A DNA stretch of 64,000 nucleotides from Gallionellaceae bacterium UBA2239 (GCA_002347615.1 DDYH01000069.1:96648-160647), one strand, 5' to 3'. Positions 1-10,520 are shown, counted from the stretch's first letter. Translations and numbers: made by a program. The notes: generated by a model not told the origin, from the letters alone.

Positions 1-1
1 G

Positions 2-154
2 GTGCTGGATGACCTGGGCCATTGGCCGGGCTGCCTGCACCTGATTCGGAAGCTTCTTCACGATGAGTTCGACATCGACCACGTGACCCTGCAACCGGAA
101 GTGCTGATGGAGCGGGATGGGCTCACCGGCCATATACCCATTCACCCGATGTGA
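2..154 (+). CDS. 3' end of a cation-diffusion-facilitator (CzcD/ZitB-like) efflux protein, partial at the window edge
   Basis: Frame 2 is open from the window edge (..HDEFDIDHVTLQPEVLMER..) and ends at TGA 152-154. The H-x-T-[IL]-Q-x-E tail resembles CDF C-terminal domains. Only 50 aa are visible. Confidence 0.4.
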   Translation: MLDDLGHWPGCLHLIRKLLHDEFDIDHVTLQPEVLMERDGLTGHIPIHPM

Positions 155-801
155 TGCCAGGAAAGCTCATGAAACAGACGTTCACCACCGAATGCCGCTT
201 ATGCCCCCGTTTGGCGGGATTTCTTGACGAGGTCAAAGCGCAGAATCCCGGTTATTACGCCAAACCGGTGCCGCCTTTCGGCGACGCCGATCCTCGCCTT
301 CTGATCGTGGGGCTGGCTCCCGGGTTGCACGGCGCCAATCGCACCGGCCGACCCTTTACCGGGGATTACGCCGGAATTCTGCTGTACCGCACCCTGCACA
401 AGTTCGGCTATGGGTCCCTTCCCGAGTCCACCAGTGCCGACGATCCCCTGCGCCTTACCGGCTGCCGCATCACCAACGCGGTGAAATGCCTGCCGCCCCA
501 GAACAAGCCGGAAACGAGCGAAATAAGGTTATGTAACAGTTATTTGCGAAATGAACTTGAAGGCTTGCGGAAAGGGGCGGTGATTCTTGCCCTGGGAAAT
601 ATCGCCCACCAAGCGGTGCTGTCCGCCTTCGGCCTGAAGAAGAAGGGCTATCCTTTCGTCCACGGGGGCGCCTATGACTTGCCCCAGGAGCGCAAGCTCG
701 TTTCCAGCTACCATTGCAGTCGTTACAACACCCAAACCCGCCGCCTTACCGACGCCATGTTCGAGGACGCGTTCAAAACCATTGCCAACCACTTGAGGTA
801 A
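154..801 (+). CDS. Uracil-DNA glycosylase, Fe-S family 4/5 (UdgB-like)
   Basis: The motif LIVGLAPGLHGANRTGRPFTGD (GLAPG type) and four Cys residues (CRLC, KC, LC) fit a 4Fe-4S cluster. ATG at 154 (GTG at 151 is possible). Confidence 0.85.
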   Translation: MPGKLMKQTFTTECRLCPRLAGFLDEVKAQNPGYYAKPVPPFGDADPRLLIVGLAPGLHGANRTGRPFTGDYAGILLYRTLHKFGYGSLPESTSADDPLRLTGCRITNAVKCLPPQNKPETSEIRLCNSYLRNELEGLRKGAVILALGNIAHQAVLSAFGLKKKGYPFVHGGAYDLPQERKLVSSYHCSRYNTQTRRLTDAMFEDAFKTIANHLR

Positions 802-823
802 TCGGCTATCCGGTGGGGCGGGC

Positions 824-857
824 AAAAAAAACGGCCGGAATTTCCGGCCATTTTTTT
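824..857. terminator. Bidirectional rho-independent terminator
   Basis: A-run, GGCCGGA/TCCGGCC hairpin, then a T-run, located between the convergent UDG gene and the small orphan gene. Confidence 0.7.
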
Positions 858-869
858 CTATGTCTGGAG

Positions 870-1106
870 TTACATCGTGGTGTAATGGGGACTCTGTTGC
901 TGTCCACCGTTTATTTCCGTCGCAAGGCGTTTTCTCGATGCTTCAAGAGCTTCCGCCAACTCATTAAAACCTTCCTCAATGGCATATTTCGCGATTTTGC
1001 CCCAGGAATCGTTGCGGTCAATGGAGCGGGCGGTTTCGCAAGTCGACGAAATGGCTTTGCGAAAGCGGTAGATGAATGCCTCGGTTTGAATAAACGTACT
1101 CGACAT
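870..1106 (-). CDS. Hypothetical small protein (78 aa) in an AT-rich islet
   Basis: The ORF has a strong SD (AGGAGGG, 7 nt before the ATG). Local GC is clearly below its surroundings. I recognise no family for MSSTFIQTEAFIYRFRKAISST... Confidence 0.5.
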   Translation of the reverse strand: MSSTFIQTEAFIYRFRKAISSTCETARSIDRNDSWGKIAKYAIEEGFNELAEALEASRKRLATEINGGQQQSPHYTTM

Positions 1107-1118
1107 GGGTAACCCTCC

Positions 1119-1139
1119 TACATCACATGTACATTACAT
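1119..1139 (-). promoter_or_regulatory. TACAT/ACAT repeat cluster abutting the SD of the orphan gene (possible operator)
   Basis: The plus strand reads TACAT cACAT g TACAT TACAT. On the coding strand this is ATGTA ATGTA c ATGT g ATGTA and includes the inverted pair TACAT-N3-ATGTA and a TGTAAT -10-like hexamer. Confidence 0.3.
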
Positions 1140-1213
1140 TGGGCTGGTTTCCTTCCGCAGTGTGTTTTTTAATTATGGATTCATAGTAGATGCCATTTGA
1201 ATTATTTCAAGGG

Positions 1214-1245
1214 CAAAAAAATAACGGGCGCCACCCGGCGCCCGT
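1214..1245 (-). terminator. Rho-independent terminator of the aminotransferase gene
   Basis: ACGGGCGCC-ACCC-GGCGCCCGT hairpin followed by a T-run on the minus strand. Confidence 0.7.
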
Positions 1246-1270
1246 TTGAAACGAGGAGGGGCTCTATTTC

Positions 1271-2458
1271 CTACAGCGCTTGCTGTATTCGGTCCAGAGC
1301 CACCTCTAAATTCTTCATCGAAGTGGCGAAGGAAATACGGAAATACCCGTCGGCACCGAAGGCCGACCCCGGCACCACGGCCACACCTTTTTCCAGCAGG
1401 TATTCGGACAGGGCCATATCGGTTGCTTCGCCGATCTTGCCCTCGCGATGCAGCTTGGCGATGGCCTCCCGGGCGTCGGGGAAGGCGTAGAAGGCACCGC
1501 CGGCCTTGATGCACTTGAGGCCGGGGATTTCGTTGAAGCGGCGCACGACGAACTCGTGGCGCTCGCGGAATGCCTTCACCATCGGCTCGATGCACGCTTG
1601 GTCGCCGTCCAGGGCCGCCTGGGCCGCCACCTGGGAAATGGAGGTGGGGTTGGAGGTGGACTGGGACTGGAGGATCTCCATGGCCTTGATGATCTTTTCC
1701 GGCCCGGCGGCGTAGCCGATGCGCCAACCGGTCATGGAATAGGCTTTGGACACGCCGTTCAGTACCACGCAGCGCTCCTTCAATTCCGGCGTGGCATTGA
1801 GGATGTTGACGAACTTCTCCCCGGACAGGTTCACGTGTTCGTACATGTCGTCGGTGGCCACCAGAACGTGGGGGTGCTTTTTCAGCACCGTCCCCAGGGC
1901 CTGGAGTTCGGCCAGGGAGTAGACCGCCCCGGTGGGGTTGGAGGGGCTGTTGATCATGAACAGCTTGGTTTTGGGAGTGATGGCCGCGTCCAACTGGGCC
2001 GGGGTAATCTTGAAGCCCTGCTCGATGCCGCACTGGACGATTACCGGCTTGGCTTCCGCCACCAGGGCGATGTCCCCGTAGGAGACCCAGTAGGGGGCGG
2101 GGACCACCACCTCGTCGCCCGGGTTGAGCACCGCCAGGGCGAGGTTGAAAATGCACTGCTTGCCGCCGACGCCGACGATGATTTCCTTGGCCGAGTAGTC
2201 AAAGCCGTTGTCCCGCTTGAACTTGGCGACGATGGCGTTCTTCAGGCCGGGAATGCCTCCCACCGGAGTGTATTTGGTGAAGCCGTCGTCGATGGCCTTC
2301 TTGGCGGCGTCCTTGATGTGCTGGGGGGTGTCGAAGTCCGGTTCGCCGGCGCCGAGGCCGATGATGTCTTTCCCTTCGGCTTTCAGTTTGGCCGCACGGG
2401 CGGTAACGGCGAGGGTGGGGGATTCCTTGATGGCTTGAACGCGCTGAGAAAGTTCCAA
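1271..2458 (-). CDS. PLP-dependent aspartate/aromatic aminotransferase (class I)
   Basis: [44 protein letters not shown].. and [13 protein letters not shown] (PLP lysine motif). The ORF runs to 2560, but homolog-like N-termini suggest a TTG start at 2458 (an ATG at 2500 is possible). Confidence 0.9.
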   Translation of the reverse strand: MELSQRVQAIKESPTLAVTARAAKLKAEGKDIIGLGAGEPDFDTPQHIKDAAKKAIDDGFTKYTPVGGIPGLKNAIVAKFKRDNGFDYSAKEIIVGVGGKQCIFNLALAVLNPGDEVVVPAPYWVSYGDIALVAEAKPVIVQCGIEQGFKITPAQLDAAITPKTKLFMINSPSNPTGAVYSLAELQALGTVLKKHPHVLVATDDMYEHVNLSGEKFVNILNATPELKERCVVLNGVSKAYSMTGWRIGYAAGPEKIIKAMEILQSQSTSNPTSISQVAAQAALDGDQACIEPMVKAFRERHEFVVRRFNEIPGLKCIKAGGAFYAFPDAREAIAKLHREGKIGEATDMALSEYLLEKGVAVVPGSAFGADGYFRISFATSMKNLEVALDRIQQAL

Positions 2459-2540
2459 AATTGGCCTCGGTTTGAGAAACGCGGACCATCCGGTCCGCAT
2501 GGTAAAATTCAATTCTTGTAAAAAACGCGTAATTTTACCT

Positions 2541-4574
2541 GTGATCGAAACGTTTCCCAATAGCCCGTTCCGTCTTCATCAGCCTTTTCCTCCCGCCGGC
2601 GACCAGCCTACGGCCATTCAGCAGCTGGTGGAAGGGATCGAAAGCGGATTGTCGTTCCAGACCCTGCTGGGCGTAACCGGTTCGGGCAAGACCTATACCA
2701 TGGCCAACGTCATCGCCCGCATGGGGCGGCCGGCCCTGATTATGGCTCCCAACAAGACCCTGGCGGCGCAGCTGTACGCGGAAATGCGGGAATTCTTCCC
2801 CGAGAACGCGGTGGAGTATTTCGTTTCCTATTACGACTACTACCAGCCGGAAGCCTACGTGCCTTCCCGCGACCTGTTCATCGAGAAGGATTCCAGCATC
2901 AACGAGCATATCGAGCAGATGCGCCTCTCCGCCACCAAGTCCCTGCTGGAACGAAACGACAGTGTGATCGTGGCCACGGTGTCCTGCATCTACGGCATCG
3001 GCGACAAGGACGACTACCACAACATGATCCTGCACTTGCGCACCGGAGACCGGAGCGGGCAGCGGGACATCATCAAGCGCCTGTCGGAGATGCAGTACGA
3101 GCGCAACGAACTGGATTTCCACCGGGGCACCTTTCGGGTGCGGGGGGACGTGATCGACGTGTTTCCGGCGGAAAACTCCGAACACGCCCTGCGCATCACC
3201 CTGTTCGACGACGAGGTGGAACGGCTGTCCCTGTTCGACCCCTTGACCGGACACATTCTTAATAAAATTCCGCGCTTTACTATCTATCCTTCAAGCCATT
3301 ACGTCACTCCCCGGGCCACTGTGCTGCGTGCCCTGGAGGCCATCAAGGCCGAACTGCGGCAGCGAGTGGCCTACTACACCCAGGAAAACAAGCTGGTGGA
3401 AGCCCAGCGCATCGAGCAGCGCACCCGCTTCGACCTGGAAATGCTCAACGAGCTGGGTTTCTGCAAAGGCATCGAGAACTACTCCCGCCACCTTTCCGGG
3501 CGCAAGCCGGGGGAGCCGCCGCCGACCCTGATCGACTATCTGCCGGCCAACGCCCTGATGTTCATCGACGAATCCCACGTCACGGTGACCCAGGTGGGGG
3601 GCATGTACAAGGGCGACCGGGCGCGCAAGGAAAACCTGGTGGAATACGGCTTCCGCTTGCCTTCGGCCATGGACAACCGACCCCTCAAGTTCGAGGAGTT
3701 CGAGCGCATGATGCGCCAGACCGTGTTCGTTTCCGCCACTCCGGCGGATTACGAGAACCAGCACGCCGGGCAAGTGGTGGAGCAGGTGGTGCGTCCCACC
3801 GGCCTGGTGGACCCGGTGGTGGAAATCCGCCCAGTCGGGACCCAGGTGGACGACCTGCTGTCCGAGGCCAACGCCCGCATCGCCAACGGCGAGCGGGTGC
3901 TGGTCACCACCCTGACCAAGCGCATGGCGGAGGACCTGACCGACTACCTGTCGGAACACGGCATCAAGGTGCGCTATCTGCACTCGGACATCGACACCGT
4001 GGAGCGGGTGGAGATCATCCGCGACCTGCGCCTGGGGATGTTCGATGTTCTGGTGGGCATCAACTTGTTGCGGGAAGGGCTTGATATTCCAGAGGTGTCA
4101 CTGGTGGCGATACTGGATGCGGACAAGGAGGGCTTCCTGCGTTCCGAGCGTTCCCTGATCCAGACCATCGGCCGGGCGGCCCGGCATCTTCATGGCACCG
4201 CCATTCTCTACGCCGACCGGATCACCAACTCCATGCGCCGCGCCATCGACGAAACCGAGCGCCGCCGCGCCAAGCAGATCGCCCACAACGAAGCCCATGG
4301 CATCACGCCCAAGAGCGTGTCCAAGCGCATCAAGGACATCATCGACGGCGTCTACAGCCCGGACGAGGCCAGGCAGGAACTCAAGGCGGCCCAGGAGCGC
4401 GCCACCTACGCGCACATGACCGAAAAGCAGCTGGTCAAGGAATTGAAGAGCATCGAGAAGGAGATGCTGGCGGCGGCCAAGAACCTGGAGTTCGAAAAAG
4501 CGGCCCAGTTGCGGGACAAACTGAAGGAATTGAAACAGAAATTCTACGGGGTGGATCTGCATGACCCGGATTGA
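2541..4574 (+). CDS. uvrB: Excinuclease ABC subunit B
   Basis: [35 protein letters not shown] (Walker A), helicase motifs and a C-terminal UVR domain ([11 protein letters not shown]). The likely start is GTG 2541; the ORF track starts at 2472. Confidence 0.95.
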   Translation: MIETFPNSPFRLHQPFPPAGDQPTAIQQLVEGIESGLSFQTLLGVTGSGKTYTMANVIARMGRPALIMAPNKTLAAQLYAEMREFFPENAVEYFVSYYDYYQPEAYVPSRDLFIEKDSSINEHIEQMRLSATKSLLERNDSVIVATVSCIYGIGDKDDYHNMILHLRTGDRSGQRDIIKRLSEMQYERNELDFHRGTFRVRGDVIDVFPAENSEHALRITLFDDEVERLSLFDPLTGHILNKIPRFTIYPSSHYVTPRATVLRALEAIKAELRQRVAYYTQENKLVEAQRIEQRTRFDLEMLNELGFCKGIENYSRHLSGRKPGEPPPTLIDYLPANALMFIDESHVTVTQVGGMYKGDRARKENLVEYGFRLPSAMDNRPLKFEEFERMMRQTVFVSATPADYENQHAGQVVEQVVRPTGLVDPVVEIRPVGTQVDDLLSEANARIANGERVLVTTLTKRMAEDLTDYLSEHGIKVRYLHSDIDTVERVEIIRDLRLGMFDVLVGINLLREGLDIPEVSLVAILDADKEGFLRSERSLIQTIGRAARHLHGTAILYADRITNSMRRAIDETERRRAKQIAHNEAHGITPKSVSKRIKDIIDGVYSPDEARQELKAAQERATYAHMTEKQLVKELKSIEKEMLAAAKNLEFEKAAQLRDKLKELKQKFYGVDLHDPD

Positions 4575-5139
4575 CGGGCACCCCATCCGGCTGACTTTCG
4601 TCCGCCACGGCGAGGCCCTCTACAACACCCTCAACCGGGTGAACGCCGATCCGGCGGTGAAAAACGACCTCACCGAACTGGGGCGGCGGCAGGCCGCCCA
4701 GTGCAGGGTGGCGCTGGCTGGGGAAGAATTCGATGCCGCCTACTGCTCGGAATTCCCCCGCGCCCGGCAGACGGCGGAAGCCATCGTCGCTCGGCATCAT
4801 TTGCTCCTCCGCATCGACCGCCGCATCAACGAAACCGGCGCTTTTGCCTTCGATGGACATCCCTGCCCGGAATGGCACGCGGCCCAGGTGCCGGACCGCT
4901 TTACCGCCGAACTCCCGGGCTGCGAGGCGTTTTCCCTTTTCAAGGCGCGCCTGGCGTCTTTCCTGGACGATATCCTCGCCCGACCGGAGAGGAATGTCCT
5001 GATCGTGTCCCACGAGGAGCCGATCCAAATCATGTTGGGCCTGCTGGAAAACGTGCCGGACCGGGATGCCCGGGCGAGGCCGATCAATCATTGCACGCCG
5101 TACCGATGGCAAGGTAGGGGCATTGAGCGAGAGAAGTGA
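4561..5139 (+). CDS. Histidine phosphatase (phosphoglycerate mutase family) protein
   Basis: [10 protein letters not shown] (RHG catalytic motif) and a later SHEEP motif. The start overlaps the uvrB stop by 14 nt. Confidence 0.8.
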   Translation: MTRIDGHPIRLTFVRHGEALYNTLNRVNADPAVKNDLTELGRRQAAQCRVALAGEEFDAAYCSEFPRARQTAEAIVARHHLLLRIDRRINETGAFAFDGHPCPEWHAAQVPDRFTAELPGCEAFSLFKARLASFLDDILARPERNVLIVSHEEPIQIMLGLLENVPDRDARARPINHCTPYRWQGRGIEREK

Positions 5140-5140
5140 G

Positions 5141-5620
5141 ATGGAAAAAATTCGGGTTTTGTTCGTTTGCATGGGCAATATCTGCCGTTCTCCCACGGCG
5201 GAGGGCGTGTTTCGCCATGCCGTAAAGAGGGCAGGGCAGGAGGAGCGTTTCCACATCGACTCGGCCGGTACCCATGACTACCATATCGGCGCCGAGCCGG
5301 ATCGCCGCACCCAGCAGGCGGCGTTGAAGCGGGGCTACGATTTGAGTGCTCTGCGGGGGCGGCAGGTGAGCCGGGAGGATTTCGAGCGCTTCGACCTGGT
5401 GCTGGCCATGGACCGCAGCAATCTCGCCAACCTGCACCGCCTCTGCCCGACCCAGCATCGTCACAAGGTGTCGCTGTTCCTGGAATACAGCCGGAATTTC
5501 AGCGAGCGGGAAGTGCCCGACCCCTATTACGGTGGGGAGCAGGGATTCGAACATGTGCTGGATCTGGTGGAGGATGCGGCGGAAGGGCTGCTGGAGGCGT
5601 TGGCAGCGATGAAAAAATGA
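5141..5620 (+). CDS. Low-molecular-weight protein-tyrosine phosphatase
   Basis: IRVLFVCMGNICRSPTAEGVF (CX5R P-loop) and a ..VPDPYYG.. DP motif. The ATG lies 1 nt after the upstream stop. Confidence 0.9.
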   Translation: MEKIRVLFVCMGNICRSPTAEGVFRHAVKRAGQEERFHIDSAGTHDYHIGAEPDRRTQQAALKRGYDLSALRGRQVSREDFERFDLVLAMDRSNLANLHRLCPTQHRHKVSLFLEYSRNFSEREVPDPYYGGEQGFEHVLDLVEDAAEGLLEALAAMKK

Positions 5621-5641
5621 CGCCGTCGGGCGGCGGGTAAA

Positions 5642-5675
5642 GAAAAAGGGCGGGAGAAATTCCCGCCCTTTTTTT
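5642..5675. terminator. Bidirectional rho-independent terminator
   Basis: A-run, GGGCGGGA/TCCCGCCC hairpin, then a T-run, between the convergent PTP gene and rne. Confidence 0.75.
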
Positions 5676-5688
5676 CAGCCCGGAAGGC

Positions 5689-8241
5689 TTAGTCTTCTTT
5701 CTTGGTTTCGACCATTTCCAGGGGGCCGCTTTCCGCGTTCGACTGTTTCACTTGCCAGGCACGGGGGTTGCGGCGGGGAGCCGGGGCCGGTTCGGTTTCC
5801 GGCTGGCCTTGGTCGGCCTGGACGGCTTCGGGCCGGGTCTCGATCATCACCAGGTCGCTGGCCGGCTTCGGCGCTTCTTCTGCCGGGACGGTGCGGGGGC
5901 GGCGGCGCGGCTTGTCTTTTTCCACCGCTTCCGCCTCAGCCGGAACGGGCCGGGTTTCCTCCCGAGTTTCGATCACTTGAAGGGCTGGCGCCTCAACCAC
6001 GGGTTTGGGTTCAGGTGCGGCTTCCCGCTTGGCCTCGACCACCGGCTCGGGCTGGGTTTCCGGGACAACGGCGACGGGGGCCACGGGCTCGGCCGCCTTT
6101 TCCACCACCACCGGCTGGGGCGCCGCCGCGGGCTCGGCCACAACGTCGGCGACAGCTACCGGGGCAGCGGGTTGGACGCCACCTTCGTCGCGGCGTTCGC
6201 CACGACGGCCACCGCGGCTACGGCGGCGGCGGTTCTCGCCCCCCTCGCCGGCAGCCGCTTCAGGTTTGGCAGGGGCCGCCTGGGCCTGTGCCGGCTTGGC
6301 TTCCTGGGGTTCCCGCTTGGGCTGTTGGGCGGGGCGTTCCTGGCGCGGCGGGCGCTGGGCCTGCTGACGACCTTCGCCACGCTCCTCGCCACGTTCACCG
6401 CGTTCGCGTTCACCACGGCCACGGCCTTCGCCTCGACCTTCACCGCGGGCACGGCCTTCGCCTCGACCTTCACCACGGCCACGACCTTCGCCGCGGCGCT
6501 GCTGTTCGTGACGGGCAGGACGCTTCTTGGGCGGCGGGGTTTCTTCCGTGGCGGCGCCCAGTTTCTGGAACCAGCCCTTGATTTTAGTCAGCCAAGTGGA
6601 GGTGGCGGCAGGTTCTGCCACTATCGGCGCGGGCTGAGCGGGGGTGATGCCCTGCACCGCCGCCTGCTGGCGCGGAGGCTTGGCTTCCGCCGCTTCGGCC
6701 TTCAGTTCCTCTTCGGAGGGAGGCGCTTCCACCATCCGGTAGCTGGGCTGGGCGTATTCCGGCTGGGCGGCGTCGTCCCGGCGCAAGCGGCTGACCGAGT
6801 AGTGGGGCGTTTCCAGGTGGATGTTGGGAATCAGCAGCACGTTGACCCGCAGCCGGGACTCGATGGTGTGGATTTCACTGCGCTTCTCGTTGAGCAGGAA
6901 GGTGGCGACGTCCACCGGCACCTGGGCGTGGATGGCGTAGGTGTTTTCCTTCATCGCCTCTTCCTGGATGATGCGCAGGATGTGCAGGGCGGAGGACTCG
7001 ATGCCGCGGATGTGGCCGGTGCCATGGCAGCGCGGGCAGGGGATGTGGCTGGTTTCGCCCAGGCTCGGCTGCAGGCGCTGGCGGGAAAGTTCCATCAGGC
7101 CGAAGCGGGAAATCTTGCCCATCTGCACCCGGGCCCGGTCGTAGTGCAGGGCTTCCCGCAGGCGGTTTTCCACCTCCCGCTGGTTGCGCTGGCTTTCCAT
7201 GTCGATGAAGTCGATCACGATCAGGCCGCCCAGGTCCCGCAGGCGCAGCTGGCGGGCCACTTCGTCGGCCGCTTCCAGGTTGGTGTTGAGGGCCGTCTGC
7301 TCGATGTCCGAGCCCTTGGTGGCACGGGCGGAGTTGACGTCGACGGACACCAGCGCTTCGGTATGGTCGATGATGATGGCGCCGCCGGAGGGCAGGGAGA
7401 CCTCGCGGGAGAAGGCGGTTTCGATCTGATGTTCGATCTGGAAGCGGGAGAACAGGGGAATATCATCGGTGTACAGCTTCACCCGGTTCACGTTCTGGGG
7501 CATCACGTGGCCCATGAACTGCACCGCCTGCTCGTAAATGGCGGGGGTGTCGATGAGCAGTTCGCCGATTTCCGGCTGGAAATAGTCGCGGATGGCGCGA
7601 ATGACCAGGCTGCCTTCCTGGTAGATGAGGAAAGCGCCGCCCTGGGAATTGGCCGCGTTCTCGATGGCGCGCCACAGCTGCATCAGGTAGTTGAGGTCCC
7701 ACTGGAGCTCTTCCAGCGTGCGGCCGATGCCGGCGGTGCGGGCGATGATGCTCATGCCCTGGGGCACTTCCAACTGGGCCATGATGTCCCGCAACTCGTT
7801 GCGATCTTCGCCCTCGATGCGGCGGGACACGCCGCCACCACGGGGGTTGTTGGGCATCAGTACCAGGTAGCGCCCGGCGAGGCTGATGAAGGTGGTGAGG
7901 GCGGCGCCCTTGTTGCCGCGCTCGTCCTTTTCCACCTGGACGATGATTTCCTGGCCTTCGCGGATGGCATCCTGGATGCGGGCGCGGGATGCATCCACGC
8001 CTTCCCCGAAATTGCTGCGGGAAATTTCCTTGAAGGGGAGGAAGCCGTGACGGTCGGTGCCGTAATCGACGAAGGCCGCTTCCAGGCTGGGCTCGATGCG
8101 GGTGATGACGCCCTTGTAGATGTTGCTCTTGCGCTGTTCTTTTCCTGCCGATTCAATGTCGAGGTCGATCAGTTTCTGACCATCGACAATGGCGACCCGC
8201 AATTCTTCGGCCTGGGTCGCATTGAATAACATGCGTTTCAT
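5689..8241 (-). CDS. rne: Ribonuclease E
   Basis: [53 protein letters not shown] (S1 domain), a CPRCHGTG Zn-link, and a long Arg/Gly/Glu- and Pro/Ala-rich C-terminal scaffold. Confidence 0.95.
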   Translation of the reverse strand: MKRMLFNATQAEELRVAIVDGQKLIDLDIESAGKEQRKSNIYKGVITRIEPSLEAAFVDYGTDRHGFLPFKEISRSNFGEGVDASRARIQDAIREGQEIIVQVEKDERGNKGAALTTFISLAGRYLVLMPNNPRGGGVSRRIEGEDRNELRDIMAQLEVPQGMSIIARTAGIGRTLEELQWDLNYLMQLWRAIENAANSQGGAFLIYQEGSLVIRAIRDYFQPEIGELLIDTPAIYEQAVQFMGHVMPQNVNRVKLYTDDIPLFSRFQIEHQIETAFSREVSLPSGGAIIIDHTEALVSVDVNSARATKGSDIEQTALNTNLEAADEVARQLRLRDLGGLIVIDFIDMESQRNQREVENRLREALHYDRARVQMGKISRFGLMELSRQRLQPSLGETSHIPCPRCHGTGHIRGIESSALHILRIIQEEAMKENTYAIHAQVPVDVATFLLNEKRSEIHTIESRLRVNVLLIPNIHLETPHYSVSRLRRDDAAQPEYAQPSYRMVEAPPSEEELKAEAAEAKPPRQQAAVQGITPAQPAPIVAEPAATSTWLTKIKGWFQKLGAATEETPPPKKRPARHEQQRRGEGRGRGEGRGEGRARGEGRGEGRGRGERERGERGEERGEGRQQAQRPPRQERPAQQPKREPQEAKPAQAQAAPAKPEAAAGEGGENRRRRSRGGRRGERRDEGGVQPAAPVAVADVVAEPAAAPQPVVVEKAAEPVAPVAVVPETQPEPVVEAKREAAPEPKPVVEAPALQVIETREETRPVPAEAEAVEKDKPRRRPRTVPAEEAPKPASDLVMIETRPEAVQADQGQPETEPAPAPRRNPRAWQVKQSNAESGPLEMVETKKED
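6368..6495. repeat. Tandem coding repeat inside the rne C-terminal region (RGEG units)
   Basis: ACGGCCTTCGCCTCGACCTTCACC occurs at 6421-6444 and again at 6451-6474 (30-bp period), flanked by degenerate units. It translates to [37 protein letters not shown]. Confidence 0.8.
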
Positions 8242-8585
8242 TGTTTTCGTTCTCCCGCGCTCACACACGGGAACGACAAACCACGGCTAAACCAACCGTT
8301 CAGTAAAGAAGGGGGTTTCAGTCTTTCATCATGGGCATATCAGCGGTGACAAGAGAAGACATAGGGCCGGTCTGTCAGTCCCGCCGCTAACCGGGCGAGA
8401 CTCAAAATTCCATTCAGTGCTTTGAGCGCGTAAATCGTTTACTATCGCTACTTTTTTTCTGGTGAGCGAGATTAACCAGCGATTTCCCGAAAGCCGTTTG
8501 TCGTCAAGGCCTTCGGCGAGGGCGGCGGTGCGTTTCGCTGAACACGGTCCGACGCCGGAAAAATGAGACTAGAAGTATAAGGAAT
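8242..8585 (-). promoter_or_regulatory. Long rne 5' leader/promoter region shared with divergent rluC
   Basis: A 344-bp ORF-free gap between divergent rne and rluC. The enterobacterial rne has a long autoregulatory leader. No specific motif was verified here. Confidence 0.35.
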
Positions 8586-9536
8586 ATGCCCGAAATTATC
8601 AAAGAATCCGTGAATTGGGTTACCGTGGACGAGGGCGGCGCCGGGCAGCGGATCGACAATTTCCTGGTGAAAATCCTCAAAGGGGTGCCGAAAAGCCGCA
8701 TTTACCGCCTGGTCCGGAGCGGCGAATTGCGGGTGAACAGCAAGCGGGTGGATGTCGATTACCGTCTTCAGGAAGGGGACCGTCTGCGTATCCCTCCCAT
8801 CCGGACGGCCCAGCCCGCGATGGAAAAACCCGCCGGCCCGGTGGAAGCCCGTCTTGCCGGCTGCGTGCTGTACGAGGACGACGCCCTGGTCGCCCTGGCC
8901 AAACCTTCGGGCATGGCGGTGCACGGCGGCAGCGGCATCAGCCGGGGAGTGGTGGAACAACTCCGCCTAGAGCGCCCCGAAGCGAAATTCCTGGAACTGG
9001 TGCACCGCCTGGACAAGGAAACTTCCGGCGTCCTGCTGCTGGCGAAAAAACGCAGCGCTCTGGTGAAACTGCATCAAATGATGCGGGAAGGCGGCGCGGA
9101 TAAGCGCTATCTGACCTTGGTGAAGGGTGCCTGGCGCAACGAGAAACAGCACGTCAAGCTGCCCCTGCACAAGTTCCTGACCGAGTCCGGCGAACGGCGG
9201 GTGACGGTGAAGGAGGGCGGGCAGGCATCCCACACCGTGTTCCGGCTAGTGAAAAAATTCAATGAGTTCAGCCTGCTGGAGGCCGAACTCAAAACCGGCC
9301 GCACCCACCAGATCCGGGTCCATCTGGCTCACTTGGGCTTCCCCATCGCGGGAGACGACAAGTATGGGGATTTCCCCCTCAACAAGGAACTCCAGAAGCG
9401 CGGCCTGAAACGCATGTTTCTCCACGCCTTCCGCCTCGCCTTTCCTCATCCCCTGACCGGCGCCCCCCTGGTGGTGGAAGCACCGCTGCCGGCGGAATTG
9501 GAAAAGTTCGTCGCTGCGCTCGAATCCGCGTCCTAG
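8586..9536 (+). CDS. rluC: 23S rRNA pseudouridine synthase, RluC-type (RluA family)
   Basis: N-terminal S4 domain (RIDNFLVKILKGVPKSRIYRLVRSGELRVN), HRLDKETSGVLLLAK catalytic Asp motif, and the divergent rne pairing seen in E. coli. Confidence 0.88.
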   Translation: MPEIIKESVNWVTVDEGGAGQRIDNFLVKILKGVPKSRIYRLVRSGELRVNSKRVDVDYRLQEGDRLRIPPIRTAQPAMEKPAGPVEARLAGCVLYEDDALVALAKPSGMAVHGGSGISRGVVEQLRLERPEAKFLELVHRLDKETSGVLLLAKKRSALVKLHQMMREGGADKRYLTLVKGAWRNEKQHVKLPLHKFLTESGERRVTVKEGGQASHTVFRLVKKFNEFSLLEAELKTGRTHQIRVHLAHLGFPIAGDDKYGDFPLNKELQKRGLKRMFLHAFRLAFPHPLTGAPLVVEAPLPAELEKFVAALESAS

Positions 9537-10441
9537 AGCGGAAACCGCTCCCCTTGCAGCGCCAGGCTGCCTGATCGGCCGGGAATTTCGCCCATCACCA
9601 CCTGGTGGCGGGGCAGGGCGGGAAGGTCGAGGGAGAGGGCGTAATCCTGCAGGGATACCAATTCGTAGCCCTGGGCTTTCCATCCCCGCAACAGCTGGTC
9701 GAACACGCCGGAGAGCTTCATGCCCTCCAGTTCCGCGTGGAGGGTGTAGACGTGGCCGGTGGGCAAAGGATTCGCCGTAAGCTTGAGCAGGTGGTCCACC
9801 ACGGTTTCCACGGTGATCCCATCGACCCCGATCAATTCGTCCAGGGTCGGCAGGGTGGTGGGCAGTTGGGGGCAGGCGATGATCTCCCCGTTCCAGATCG
9901 GAACGAAGGGGTGGGTGCCCCGGGTGTCGGAGGCGTACTCGATCCCCATGCGCTGTTCCAGCCGCAGGGCGTGAACGTTCATCTGCCAGCCGGCCGCACC
10001 GTGGACTCGGGCCGCCTGGCCGAAAATCTTCTCATGGCGCCCCTGGGCCAGCAGCATTTCCTTCGCCGTCCACTTGGCGTCCTTGCCGGCGACATAATCC
10101 TGCCACTTGATGTGGTCGTAGCAATGGATGCCGGTTTCAAAACCGGCTTCGCCCACGCCCCGCATCAAGTCCGCGCAGCGCCGCCCGATATCCGGCCCCG
10201 GAAGGACGGTGCCGTACATCAGGGTTTTGAATCCGTAGTGCTCCACCACCGAGGTGCGGGACACCTTCTTCATAAAGCCGGGACGGAACACCCGCTTGAT
10301 GGCCCGGCCGGTGTGGTCGGGGCCGAGGCTGAAGAGAAAGGTGGCGCCGGCTTGGTGGGCTTGCAGCATTTCCACCAGCCGCGGAACGCCCTCGCGGGTG
10401 CCGCGATAGGTGTCGACGTCGATCTTGAGGGCGAGTTGCAT
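9533..10441 (-). CDS. arnD: 4-deoxy-4-formamido-L-arabinose-phosphoundecaprenol deformylase (polysaccharide deacetylase family)
   Basis: MQLALKIDVDTYRGTREGVPRLVEML..ATFLFSLGPDHTG is typical of ArnD. It is the last gene of the arn operon. Confidence 0.85.
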   Translation of the reverse strand: MQLALKIDVDTYRGTREGVPRLVEMLQAHQAGATFLFSLGPDHTGRAIKRVFRPGFMKKVSRTSVVEHYGFKTLMYGTVLPGPDIGRRCADLMRGVGEAGFETGIHCYDHIKWQDYVAGKDAKWTAKEMLLAQGRHEKIFGQAARVHGAAGWQMNVHALRLEQRMGIEYASDTRGTHPFVPIWNGEIIACPQLPTTLPTLDELIGVDGITVETVVDHLLKLTANPLPTGHVYTLHAELEGMKLSGVFDQLLRGWKAQGYELVSLQDYALSLDLPALPRHQVVMGEIPGRSGSLALQGERFPL

Positions 10442-10448
10442 GGAAATC

Positions 10449-10520
10449 GTGAGGGGTGAGGGGGGGGCGTAAGAGGTGAGGCGAAAACCTTGGGGGTACG
10501 CCTCACCCCTCTCGCCTCAC
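10449..10520. repeat. Nested GC-rich hairpin (REP-like) between the arnA C-domain gene and arnD
   Basis: A 9-bp stem (GGTGAGGCG/CGCCTCACC, 10475-10483 and 10499-10507) is flanked by an imperfect outer stem GTGAGGGGTGAGGGG/CCCCTCTCGCCTCAC. Confidence 0.6.

Noticed and set aside
6368-6495. Whether the short tandem repeats in rne, or the REP copies, could be a CRISPR array.
   Set aside because: The repeats are contiguous with no spacers, lie inside a coding frame, and have a 30-bp period with only about 2.5 units. No cas genes are present. This is not CRISPR.
5752-8229. An 825-aa ORF on the plus strand opposite rne (with nested ORFs at 6005-6581).
   Set aside because: It is a shadow ORF antisense to a clearly identified RNase E gene. 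Its composition is dominated by G/R/A/L/V as expected for GC-rich antisense frames, and it has no recognisable domain.
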